Positions 45,318 through 55,030 of a stretch of DNA of 64,000 nt are shown one piece after another. Origin of the DNA: an uncultured Verrucomicrobiae bacterium. Lineage in GTDB: Bacteria > Verrucomicrobiota > Verrucomicrobiia > Chthoniobacterales > Terrimicrobiaceae. Made by a program: the position numbers and the translations under genes. The notes beneath the pieces are model-generated. The model was not told the origin of the DNA. It ran no database searches and was given only the letters and a program-made list of their open reading frames with translations. How positions within the stretch are numbered: position 1 is the stretch's first letter; the number at the start of each line of letters is the position of its first letter. Where the stretch lies: positions 1,044,293 through 1,108,292 of the forward strand of contig CAVPOC010000008.1 of NCBI GenBank assembly GCA_963706955.1, given 5' to 3'.

Positions 45318-46307
45318 TCAGGGATGCTCGGGCCAATTGATGTTATCCAGCAGCTGGGCCAGCCGCACACCGGCTTTAGTCAACTGTCGCGCAGCATAAA
45401 CGCGGTTAGCGTCCAAATAATTGACGGGCAATTCAATGTCGATCCGCAGGAGATTCTTGTCTGCATCGACCTCTGTTTTCTGAAAGACGATCCCTAGATA
45501 GGCCAGAGCGGCAATGCGCACCGATTCGATCACCCACACTTCTGGCCAGCCGTACAGGTCTCCCGGCGTTTTCGTGGTCTCTTCGGTGCTGATGTTCTTT
45601 GATAGGAGATCTGCCAGCGCTGTCGCCTCGGCAGTATCGTGAATCGCTTTAACAAGCAGGACGTCCCAGAAAGCGTGCAGTTGTTCGGAAGGAGTGGTTC
45701 CATAAAAGAGAAGATTTCCGCCGCGGTCGTTCGGTTTCCCGAATGCCTGTGCCGGAAAGGTAATGAGCTCGGCCCTGCCCGGTCTATCGAGAGTGTAATA
45801 ACCGGTCCCACAGTGCAGGGGCTGGTGCACGTCACCGACCAAATGGACGAGAAGCCGGAGTGCCTGCACCTTGGTAAGCTCCTGCGAATTTGAAACCGGC
45901 GCTTCAAGAACCTGAATACAACGGGAAATCGCCTTGGCGATGCTGTCTTGTGGTGTGAACGCGCGGGCCTCCTCGGCAGATAAAGTGCCGAGCGGAAGAT
46001 TGACAAAATGCCATGTCCGATTGTTGGGGAACTTTCGATTAAACTCCTGGGCTTCGGAGTCTTCATTCAGCGGTCCCTTACCACGTGCAGCTGAGACGAG
46101 ATCGTCGGCCCAAGAAGCGACCGAGACGAGGCTCTCGTCGCCGCCTTCCGCCAACAAGTGTTTCACGTTCGCGCGAGTGTCAGGAGAGATGAGACGCTCG
46201 GCGATCAACGCGATGACTGCGTGACCTTCGGGTGCCCAGGAAAACGCCTTTGCGGGCCAGAGGGCCAAAGACGCCAAGCCGATCAAAACTGGAAGGAGAC
46301 TCTTCAT
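45318..46307 (-). CDS. S1/P1 nuclease family protein with signal peptide
   Basis: Mature N-terminus WAPEGH, WAD, WHFVN, HLVGDVHQPLH, DRGGN, LHAFWD and AGVRLA. Confidence 0.92.
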   Translation of the reverse strand: MKSLLPVLIGLASLALWPAKAFSWAPEGHAVIALIAERLISPDTRANVKHLLAEGGDESLVSVASWADDLVSAARGKGPLNEDSEAQEFNRKFPNNRTWHFVNLPLGTLSAEEARAFTPQDSIAKAISRCIQVLEAPVSNSQELTKVQALRLLVHLVGDVHQPLHCGTGYYTLDRPGRAELITFPAQAFGKPNDRGGNLLFYGTTPSEQLHAFWDVLLVKAIHDTAEATALADLLSKNISTEETTKTPGDLYGWPEVWVIESVRIAALAYLGIVFQKTEVDADKNLLRIDIELPVNYLDANRVYAARQLTKAGVRLAQLLDNINWPEHP

Positions 46308-46355
46308 GCGCCATCCTACCGAGTATGCGGCAAGGTGGCTAGCGATGCGACAGCA

Positions 46356-47342
46356 TCACCTTAACACAGAGAACCTGAAGTAATTCTTCTCTATCTTATC
46401 GGGAACGAGGATGCGAAGCGTCCTTTCGAAATTCGCGATCTCCCTGCTTTCGATCAGCTTGAAATTGTTTTCCCTTTCCAGGAACTCATCCGTGAAAATC
46501 CTCTTAATTGCCAGATACGACGCGAACATCGTCGTTGGAATATCGAATAACTTGAACTCCTTCCCGTTCACAAAGTCTCCCTCGATGTAAAACGGAAACG
46601 GTCTGATCTTGGTTTCGACGACAATCTGCTTCAGGCCGGCCGCCCGCCTCTTGAAGCTGTCCTGGTCAAGTTCCACGAGGTTCTGCGGAATTTGCACCTC
46701 GATGGTTCGGTACCTGTTGATGATATCGCACTCGGTTTCTGAGATCTTTTTGCCAGCCGCGTCCTTCTCTATGATCTTTATCTTGTCGGAGTGTTCGAAG
46801 GCTTCAAATACCCGCCGCAAGAAGTTATTGTAGTAGCCTATCGCGAGCGAGGTGGAAGGAAGGAGAGTGAAATGCTGGAGTCTTTCGGCTACCTCCATTT
46901 CTTCTCGTATTCGACTGCAGGCGTTCCCGACAGCCGCAACCAGGTTGTCTCTTTTTCTGAACTTCGCAACCTCGATGCCACTCCAATCAGAGAAGAGCTC
47001 GACACCTTCCTCCAATACCAGAAAGGTGCGGTTCGGTCCGAGCCGGCCGAGAAATAGTCCAAACTCAAAGATGACATTGTCGCGAGTAACTTTGACCTGC
47101 TTCTCTCTGATAATCGCCTCGTCATCACCCGTGAAGACAGCAATTACAAAATCATAGAAACTGGCGCGGTTAAGCAGCGTATCGAGGTAGTTCCTGTTAG
47201 CTTTGAAAATGTTTTCGCTCCAAATATCCACATCGGCTTCGCTGTCGAAGTGGCTTTTTACGGCCCGAGCCAACGGCAGAGCTTCTTTGGAAGAAGCTAT
47301 GAAAATATTCGCGCGCCTTTTGGTTGCAGTATAGTTCGGCAT
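46356..47342 (-). CDS. TIR-STING fusion (Cap12-like cyclic dinucleotide receptor/NADase)
   Basis: TIR: IFIASSKE, RDNVIFEFGLFLG; prokaryotic STING: LPSTSLAIGYYNNF, RPFPFY, DIPTT, REIANFERTL. Confidence 0.9.
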   Translation of the reverse strand: MPNYTATKRRANIFIASSKEALPLARAVKSHFDSEADVDIWSENIFKANRNYLDTLLNRASFYDFVIAVFTGDDEAIIREKQVKVTRDNVIFEFGLFLGRLGPNRTFLVLEEGVELFSDWSGIEVAKFRKRDNLVAAVGNACSRIREEMEVAERLQHFTLLPSTSLAIGYYNNFLRRVFEAFEHSDKIKIIEKDAAGKKISETECDIINRYRTIEVQIPQNLVELDQDSFKRRAAGLKQIVVETKIRPFPFYIEGDFVNGKEFKLFDIPTTMFASYLAIKRIFTDEFLERENNFKLIESREIANFERTLRILVPDKIEKNYFRFSVLR

Positions 47343-47440
47343 GAAGTGTCAGTAAGAAACTAGACCTAATGCTCTCTAATAAAAGCACTCCGGGCCGCGG
47401 CCTGCTCGCCCGTGAGATCCCGAAATCGTGAAATATTTTT

Positions 47441-48328
47441 TTGCCACATCCGAATGCGGGAGTCAAGCCGCGGGAAACCGCACGGAGCTCCGCTCATTCT
47501 CGAGTCGAGTGCGCTTTGGCATTGACGAGCCGCCCTGGTGTAAACGATTTGGTCCCGGTGGACCTAGCCACCGCAGAAAGGACGCCAAAACAGAATCAGT
47601 TAGTCGTGATTGAAAAGGTCAACAAGTTCTATGGCGACCTCCATGTGCTTAACGACATCACGACAACCATCACCCGCGGCGAAGTCGTCATCGTCATCGG
47701 CCCATCCGGCTCTGGAAAATCGACGCTCTGTCGGGCGATCAATCGGCTCGAGACAATCGACTCCGGAACCATCCTCATCGACGGCAAGCCGCTCCCTGAG
47801 GAAGGCAAAGAACTCGCCAGACTGCGCGCCGATGTTGGGATGGTCTTTCAATCATTTAATCTCTTTGCGCACAAAACCGTCCTCGAAAATGTGACGCTCG
47901 GACCGATCAAAGTCCGAAGCGTAAAACCAAACGACGCTCGCGCAAGGGCCATGCTCCTGCTCGAGCGCGTCGGCGTTGCCAACCAGGCACAAAAGTATCC
48001 TCACCAGCTTTCCGGCGGACAGCAGCAGCGCGTGGCCATCGCGCGCTCCTTGGCCATGGACCCAAAGCTGATTTTGTTGGATGAACCGACTAGCGCCCTC
48101 GACCCTGAAATGATTTCCGAAGTGCTCGATGTCATCGTGAACCTTGCAAGCGGTGGCATGACAATGCTGGTCGTAACTCATGAAATGGGTTTTGCCAGTA
48201 ACGTGGGCAGCCGGGTGGTTTTCATGGCAGACGGAGAAATCCTTGAAGAAGCTCCGCCGGCGGAGTTTTTTAGGAATCCTCAAACTGCGCGAGCGGCCGA
48301 TTTCCTGTCGAAAATACTCGCGCACTAA
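47441..48328 (+). CDS. Amino acid (glutamate) ABC ATPase, GluA-like; true start probably further downstream
   Basis: GPSGSGKST, LSGGQQQR and DEPTSALD. Confidence 0.9.
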   Translation: MPHPNAGVKPRETARSSAHSRVECALALTSRPGVNDLVPVDLATAERTPKQNQLVVIEKVNKFYGDLHVLNDITTTITRGEVVIVIGPSGSGKSTLCRAINRLETIDSGTILIDGKPLPEEGKELARLRADVGMVFQSFNLFAHKTVLENVTLGPIKVRSVKPNDARARAMLLLERVGVANQAQKYPHQLSGGQQQRVAIARSLAMDPKLILLDEPTSALDPEMISEVLDVIVNLASGGMTMLVVTHEMGFASNVGSRVVFMADGEILEEAPPAEFFRNPQTARAADFLSKILAH

Positions 48329-48355
48329 AAGGTTGAAAGGAAGAGTAGTCTCCGC

Positions 48356-49255
48356 ATGAGACAGGCAAGGTTCACACTAGCAGTCTTCGTGGTGGCGGTC
48401 GCCGGCGCGCTGACTCTGAATTCATGTGGCGACTCCAGCAAAACGTCGAGCACCGGCAATGCCGAAGCGAATGGTCCTTATCAGCTTGCCGTGAAGATTG
48501 ATCCAAAATTCGAAGCCGGCAGCACCATGGAGAAACTCTCCAAGGCAAAAAAGATCACCATTGGCACCAAGTTCGATCAACCCTTGTTTGGTCTGAAAGG
48601 GCCGGACGGCAAGCCCCGAGGCTTTGACGTCGCAATCGGCTCGCTGGTCGCCTCACGCCTGGGAATTCCTTACGAAAATATTGAGTGGGTGGAGACGGTC
48701 TCGCTCAACCGCGAACCCTTCTTGCAACAGGGGCGGGTAGATATCGTCGTGGCAACTTACACCATCAACGATGAACGCAAGAAGGTCGTCGACTTTGCCG
48801 GGCCTTATTACGAGGCGGGTCAATCGATCATGGTTCTTAAATCGAACACCGACGTGAAAGGCCCCGAAGACCTTCGCGGCAAGCCGGTCTGCTCGGTCGA
48901 GGGTTCCACTCCCGCGGCACGCATCGTGAAAGATTACGGCGCCAATCTCGTCGCGACCGACGCCTACTCGAAATGCCTCGAGCCACTACGCAATGGTCAG
49001 GTCATTGCAGTTACCACTGACAATGTCATCCTGGCTGGTTTTGTTGACCAGAATCCCGAGTTCAAACTCGTCGGCGAACCTTTCACGAAAGAGCCATATG
49101 GCATAGGTGTGAAGAAGAACGACGACAAATTGCGCGCGTTTATCAATGATGTTCTCGAAGATGCCGAGAAGGACGGAACCTGGAAACGGCTTTGGCAGGA
49201 AACGGCCGGCAAGGTTCTGCCGACTCCCAGTCCACCGGTGCTCGCGCGATACTAA
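48356..49255 (+). CDS. Glutamate ABC substrate-binding lipoprotein, GluB-like
   Basis: Lipobox LNSC; GTKFDQPLFG, ATYTINDERK and EPYGIG. Confidence 0.88.
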   Translation: MRQARFTLAVFVVAVAGALTLNSCGDSSKTSSTGNAEANGPYQLAVKIDPKFEAGSTMEKLSKAKKITIGTKFDQPLFGLKGPDGKPRGFDVAIGSLVASRLGIPYENIEWVETVSLNREPFLQQGRVDIVVATYTINDERKKVVDFAGPYYEAGQSIMVLKSNTDVKGPEDLRGKPVCSVEGSTPAARIVKDYGANLVATDAYSKCLEPLRNGQVIAVTTDNVILAGFVDQNPEFKLVGEPFTKEPYGIGVKKNDDKLRAFINDVLEDAEKDGTWKRLWQETAGKVLPTPSPPVLARY

Positions 49256-49308
49256 GATCTCCGCCGAACGTTCTTCATCGCGGATACAAGATTGCCAAGG
49301 ACGAGTCG

Positions 49309-49957
49309 TTGAAAGTCATCCTTGAGAACTTTGGTCTGTTTTGGCTCGGTTTCATCTCCACCCTGAAGTTACTCGGTGTCTCTGGGATCGGTGCGCTCCT
49401 CCTGGGCACGTTGATGGCTTCGTTGCGTGTATCCCCCTTCGGTTCTTTTCGAGCCCTCTCCGCCATCTATACCGAGCTTCTTCGCAACACTCCTTTGACC
49501 CTGGTGTTTTTTTTCTGCGTGTTCGTTCTGCCGAAACTCGGCATCGTCCTCGACTTTCAAATATCCGCGATAGTTGCCTTGACCGCCTACACAGCTCCCT
49601 TCGTCGCAGAAGCACTCCGGTCGGGGATTAACGGTGTGCCGATCGGTCAGGCCGAGGCGGCTCGCAGTCTTGGTCTAAGATTCGACCAGAGTACTAACGC
49701 TAGTCGTTCTTCCACAAGCTGTGCGCATGGTTATTCCTCCTTTGATCAATGTGTTCATCGCGCTAACCAAGAACACCTCGGTCGCCGGAGGCTTCTTTGT
49801 CTTTGAGCTCTTCAGCGTTGGAAAACGCCTGGCCAACTTACATGGTTCGGCTGTCGTTCCGATTCTGGTCGGTATTGCGTGCTTCTACCTTCTTATTACC
49901 GTTCCCCTCGGTCAGTTGTCTCAGCGGCTGGAAGCCAGAATTGCGCTCGTCCGATGA
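49309..49957 (+). CDS. Amino acid ABC permease, GluC-like (indel near 49690)
   Basis: RNTPL, EALRSGI, GQAEAARSLG and LTKNTS. Confidence 0.85.
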
Positions 49958-50787
49958 GTTCCTCAGTTCTTTACGATGCCCCAGGTCCAAAGACGCGCCG
50001 GGTATCAAACATTGTCTCGATTGTTGGTTTGCTCGCGATTGGCAGTGCCCTCGCGTGGCTGCTAGCGACGCTCGCCGCGCCCCGCGAGATTCGACCGGGT
50101 TTGGTCCAACCCGGCCTGTTTGACTCCTCGCGCTGGAATATCTTCTACGAGCCTTTCCAAGGCTACAGCCCCTTTCAGGTTTGGTACGGAATCTTCACCG
50201 GACTGGCGGCTACCTTTAGTGCTGCAGTTGTCGCGGCGTTGCTCGCCATGTCGCTCGCCCTTGTGGTCTGCCTTTTGCGCCTGACGAAGAACGCAGGCGT
50301 GCGAGTGCCCACGGCGGTGATGCTGGAGTTCCTTCGCGGGATGCCGATTCTGCTAATGATGCTGTTCATCCTACTCGTCTCTGGGATCTCCGTTTTTTGG
50401 GTGGTTGTGGCATCATTGGCTCTATACAATGGTGCCGTTATCGGTGAAGCGATTCGCTCGGGAATCCAATCTCTGCCGCGAGGACAGCGCGAGGCAGGTC
50501 TCGCTTTGGGGCTTAGCAGTATCCAGGTCCGATTAATCATCGAGTTGCCGCAGGCCTTGCGCCAGATGATGCCAACAATTGTCGCTCAGTTGGTGGTTTT
50601 GCTAAAAGACACGTCCCTCGCTTACATCATCGGATATGAGGATCTTCTTAAGAAGATTACCCATCTCTCGAACTTCTACGGTGACCGTTATTTCTTTTCC
50701 GTGTTCTTTGTCGCCCTCGTCGCCTACCTGCTGGTGAACCTGAGCATCTCGCGTTTCGCCTGGCACCTATCCAAACACGTGCACTAA
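49954..50787 (+). CDS. Amino acid ABC permease, GluD-like
   Basis: MSSSVLYDAPGP, GQREAG and LLKDTSL. Confidence 0.88.
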   Translation: MSSSVLYDAPGPKTRRVSNIVSIVGLLAIGSALAWLLATLAAPREIRPGLVQPGLFDSSRWNIFYEPFQGYSPFQVWYGIFTGLAATFSAAVVAALLAMSLALVVCLLRLTKNAGVRVPTAVMLEFLRGMPILLMMLFILLVSGISVFWVVVASLALYNGAVIGEAIRSGIQSLPRGQREAGLALGLSSIQVRLIIELPQALRQMMPTIVAQLVVLLKDTSLAYIIGYEDLLKKITHLSNFYGDRYFFSVFFVALVAYLLVNLSISRFAWHLSKHVH

Positions 50788-50819
50788 CAATCTGCCAACC
50801 CAAGGCGTGCTCGCGAAAG

Positions 50820-51175
50820 CTTTCCAAGTTCTGCAACGGCAGGAGGCGCAACCGCAGTACTCGTTGCAAAAACAGGAAGCAGGCTCAGAAGCTGGCTGAC
50901 GTTTTCTAGGAAGCGGCAAACCCCAAGAGCACAGCGGCACAAACCAGGCGCGTGATTGCGGCCCTCCATGCGGAGATCACGGGCGAGGGCTTGCCAGTTC
51001 AGACCTTGCGGCAATTTTTTCATCAATGGAACGAAAGTAAGAGGGCGGAAACAGTCCTTCCACCGTGGGACATTACGAGAACCTGGCGGCGAAGTTTCTC
51101 GCCTTCATGGGCGAGCGAGCGGATGCCGACATCGCAGAGGTGACTACGCACGATATACTCGCCTACTGGGACAAC
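50820..51175 (+). pseudogene. N-terminal remnant of the same integrase family as elements 1 and 2
   Basis: GRRRNRST...AQKLAD, internal stop, LHAEITGEGLP...KFLAFMGERADADIAEVT aligns by eye with the protein at 55031. Confidence 0.7.
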
Positions 51176-51439
51176 GGGGGAGCGCAGACCGGATATCAGT
51201 TCCGGGTGATCTTGAACTAATGACCGTGAAGCCCCCGTCCATCCGAGGGCTCGCGCGACGTACGAATTCGATCTATTGTAATCGAGCGGTGGCAATCCGC
51301 GATCTCCGCCCGGGGACACGAACTGAACCGGCGGCCAAGGCCGTGTGATCTCTACAGCGAAACAGGAACAGATCTCACCGAGGAGCTGACTCATGGCTAA
51401 GACTGGGCATGACTCCGCGACGGACCCGAAGGCCCTCCT

Positions 51440-51600
51440 TGGCCAAACTCGCGGCGCAAAACATGGCGGTAAAAGAAGAGCAGGGCGTTGAATGCCTGAT
51501 TGTGCGTTGCGCCTGCGACGTTCTGGCGCACGGCAAGATCTGTCAGAAATCCTTTGACATCTTCCGTGTTGAGATGATCCGGGGGCTTGCCCCGTAGCTT
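51440..51600 (-). pseudogene. Integron-integrase-like N-terminal (SAM-like) fragment
   Basis: DVKGFLTDLAVRQNVAGATHNQAFNALLFFYRHVL. Confidence 0.7.
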
Positions 51601-51604
51601 CGCT

Positions 51605-51817
51605 CTTGCCCGCCGATTTTGTCGACGCAAAGCGATGGCCCATAAATTCGCGAAAGTAGCCCGCGATTCCCTTCTCGCTGGTGAGGTTGGGCACGAAGGC
51701 GTTCAGATATATGCGGTCGATACATTCCAGTTCCAAAACGACATTTTCGCGTTGGAGTTCGGCGACCGAGGGAGCGATGCTCAGAGTTGCCGTCCGGTTG
51801 GGTTCTTGTCCGCCCAT
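51605..51817 (-). pseudogene. N-terminal fragment of a putative transposase-like gene
   Basis: VLELECIDRIYLNAFVPNL motif; truncated. Confidence 0.45.
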
Positions 51818-52011
51818 TTTGGGCCAACCGCCGCTTGACGGCTATATTCCGGTTCTCGCTCCGGCGAAAACCGCGCTACCTAGCCGGACGCCCTTTCCAC
51901 CGCTTTATATCTCGCTTGATCTGAGGCGCAGCCTCGTTAGGTCATCGCCCTGTTCCAAATTCAGGGTTAATACGCGTGCCATTCACGTGTTTGGGTATTT
52001 AAATTCTATCA

Positions 52012-53123
52012 CGATGTGTGATGCTTCAGGAGAGGGAGCGATTTGGAAACTTTCCGCGATCGTTCTGCTGAGTTGCTTTTTTCTCTTGGGTTCCCTGCGA
52101 GCGCAAGCTCCACCAGCAGCGCCGCCACCCGTAGCATCGGAGAGCGCTCCGCCTAGGTTGTCAGCTGAAGAGCTCAATCAACTGCTCGCTCCCGTCGCAC
52201 TCTATCCCGATCCTCTTGTTGCGTTGATACTGCCCGCATCCACCGTGCCGTCGGACCTAGTCCTTGCCACGCGTTATCTTTCCTCAAACGGCGATCCGGC
52301 GCAGGTGGCGAACCAACCATGGGATGACAGTGTCAAGTCGCTCGTCCGGTATCCGGATGTTGTGAAATGGATGGACCAAAACCTTGAGTGGACGACACAG
52401 GTCGGCGAAGCCTTTCTTGACCAACCGGCTGAAGTGATGAATGCCATTCAGCAACTCCGAGCGCGGGCTATAGCTGCGGGCAACCTCATCGATACTCCAC
52501 AGCAAAGGATCGTGAAGGAAGAAAGCTGCGTTTGCGTTCGCATCGTGCCGGCAGAGCCCGAGGTGATCTATGTGCCGCAATACGATCCGGAAGTTGTGTA
52601 TGTGCAGCCCTATGCACCGTATCTCAGGCCCGCGTTGACCTTTGGAGTCGGGTTTGCCGTCGGCCCTTGGCTCAATTACGATTGTGATTGGCCACGGCGC
52701 AGGGTGTGCGTGGGCGACTGGCATCCAGGATGGAAGCACGACTGGAATCCAGGATGGACCTGGAACCGAGGATGGAGAGGGGACTGGAATCGGAAAGGGG
52801 GCGGCGATTACGCGGTCAATGTTGTTAGTATCGACAGATACAGCGCGCGATTTTGGGAGCCCAACCCGAGGATCCACCGCCAACACTGGCAGCGCCAGCG
52901 TAATGATAACTTCGATCCGAACGCCCATGGCGCGGGTCGACGATTCCCAGCCGTCGCAAGGCCATCGCGGCTAGACTTAGGCGGCGGAGGAGAAATTTTT
53001 GGGGACGGCGGACAACACAAGGGCGCTCGAGAGCTCAAGGGCGGCGGACAACACAAGGGCGCTCGAGAACACAAGGGCAAAGGGGGCAAGGGCGACAAAA
53101 AAGAGGGAAAAGGCAAGGACTGA
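52012..53123 (+). CDS. DUF3300 domain protein
   Basis: LLAPVALYPDPL, WDDSVKSL and IYVPQYDP; G/K-rich tail. Confidence 0.88.
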
Positions 53124-53859
53124 GCTTGATCCTCATCCGGCTTGCTTCGTGACCGTCCGTCGTCCTTCAGGCAATTCGTACTTTTTCGGCTTGCCCTACC
53201 GCAAGAAGATGAAGACCGTATTCAGTAAACTAACTATTCGGCCTATGAAAGCCGCGATCACTATTTTGTCCTTACTCGTGGCGATCTGCCTCGGACTTCT
53301 GGCTTATCAGCAGCACACGTATTCCACGCTATTTGAACGGCAAAACCAAGCGATCGCCCTCGTTCAGAGGCAATACGAAACGAGCCTTCGCGAGAACCAA
53401 GCCCTCAGAGCGAAAGGCGAGATTCAAGCTCGCTCACAGATCGCTCTTTCACAGGCGCAACCTATCGCAGTTCGCTATCGAAAAATTTTCGAGGCGCAGA
53501 ACCGAGCGACGCGTTAAGTATCGGGCCGGGTGCACCTGACCTAAACCTGTCCTAGCGACTGTTCGGTGCCGCCCTCGCTTGCGCGTCATGGCGCGTCACC
53601 TGCTCATCGTTGACCGGCGGCGACCCGCGTGCGACAAACCGTGTGGTGTTCCCTCCCCTCTCACCCCTTTGGAATACTTGGAACTGGCTTTCGCAAAAGA
53701 GGCCAGACCGCGGCTTGCCCAAGAAACTCCGCGGAACTAACCGGCATGAAGATTGCGATGACCATTCGCGGTGGAACCTACGTCATCGACCCGAGTGGCG
53801 AAGGGGCACCGGCGACAGTTGAGCGATGCGCCCTGGTTCCAAAAGCAGATTGATCGCGA

Positions 53860-54135
53860 TCAGCTCAACGCAAGCTCTTCGCCACGGAAAGATAGCAACA
53901 GCAGTTCGAGTTTGTTGAGGGCCTCATGCTCATCGGGCCCGGTCGCTTCGAGGGCGACCCGGTCGCCACAATTCAAATTGGCAGTAAGCACTTCCAGTAG
54001 GCTCGCCGCCGAAAACCTCTCACCGCCCTTCCAGATCGTGATGGTGCTCTTGAACCTAATCACCCACCGCACAAAGAGCGCCGCCGGCCTCGCGTGCAAC
54101 CCGAGCTTGTTGACAATCTGGACCTCTCTCAACAT
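53860..54135 (-). CDS. HPr family phosphocarrier
   Basis: VNKLGLHARPAA; regulatory Ser in AASLL. Confidence 0.85.
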   Translation of the reverse strand: MLREVQIVNKLGLHARPAALFVRWVIRFKSTITIWKGGERFSAASLLEVLTANLNCGDRVALEATGPDEHEALNKLELLLLSFRGEELALS

Positions 54136-54339
54136 CTGAGGAACATACAGTCGCCCGGATCGGCTTCCAAATCACGAAGTGAAAATCCCGGCTTGGGAGG
54201 CAACGATCAGGGGGCTGCCCGATAATTCAGGCGACGATTAACCGTGGGCTTCGGACTCGCCCAGCTTCCAAATTGCTCAGAGCCTAGGACTTAGGGGCGA
54301 CTTCCGAGCCTGGGAGCACTTGCTGCGGGTGCCAGGGCC

Positions 54340-54531
54340 CTAGTCCGCGTCAAGAGCCTCTTCCGATTCTGAGTGCTTCACGAGAGCCTGACATACTCCT
54401 CCAGACACCTGAAACGGCGTCCCGAATAAGCTCCATCCATTCATCATGTGGGCCTTGACGAACTTTTCGAGTTCGCTTGGATGGGCATATGCGACCAGCT
54501 TGTAATCGACAAAGTTATTCACAGGAAACAT
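54340..54531 (-). CDS. Small DUF1737-like protein
   Basis: YKLV...GWSLFGTP...CQALVK. Confidence 0.55.
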   Translation of the reverse strand: MFPVNNFVDYKLVAYAHPSELEKFVKAHMMNGWSLFGTPFQVSGGVCQALVKHSESEEALDAD

Positions 54532-54731
54532 GGGATTGCTGATAACGTTGGTGAGCCTCCCGCCTCCTATAGCCTCTTTGCGAACGTTTAGTGACGAACG
54601 AGTTTTTTTTAATCCCGACTGGGCGAATGAACAGCTCCGTAGACTTTTGGACAGTTATAGGGCAGCAGCGCGAAAACGTCAGAACCCAAGAACCTTCGTA
54701 CGTGATTTGCTATCAGGGACATACGGCACAA

Positions 54732-54763
54732 GGATTCGAACCAGGGACCTAGTGATTACAAAT
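54732..54763 (-). pseudogene. Degenerate 3' half of tRNA-Thr(UGU), probable relic att site
   Basis: Minus strand reads ATTTGTAATCACTAGGTCCCTGGTTCGAATCC: anticodon loop, variable loop and T loop; stems imperfect. Confidence 0.55.
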
Positions 54764-54882
54764 TAGTGCAAGGGACCGCAAGCCCAACGACATGTCAGCA
54801 AGCTCCTGGAAACGGTCACGGACTTACTCGGAAATGGTCTTACCAATGATAGAGTCTAGACGTAAGAACCTGATAATCAATA

Positions 54883-54915
54883 TGGTGGAGGCGAGGGGAG
54901 TTGAACCCCTGTGTC
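54883..54915 (-). ncRNA. ssrA: 3' fragment of tmRNA (or tRNA-Ala), att site of element 2
   Basis: Minus strand GACAC-AGGGG-TTCAACT-CCCCT-CGCCTCC-ACCA: T arm plus Ala-type acceptor strand; rest of the gene absent. Confidence 0.75.
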
Positions 54916-55030
54916 GGCAACAGAGATCCACTAATGTTCGCAGACGTCCATTTTACAAGGGTTTGTCCACATTGGACATTGACGGACATTCTCGGACACT
55001 CTAACTGAGACTCTAACCACACATTTGCAA

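Noticed and set aside
44962..45336. ORF with CNCCCCHHH as a metal-binding peptide
   Set aside because: It arises from short GCA/GGT triplet runs and has no other coding support.
53006..53068. 27-bp direct repeat with 36-bp period
   Set aside because: In-frame low-complexity G/K/H tail of the DUF3300 protein.
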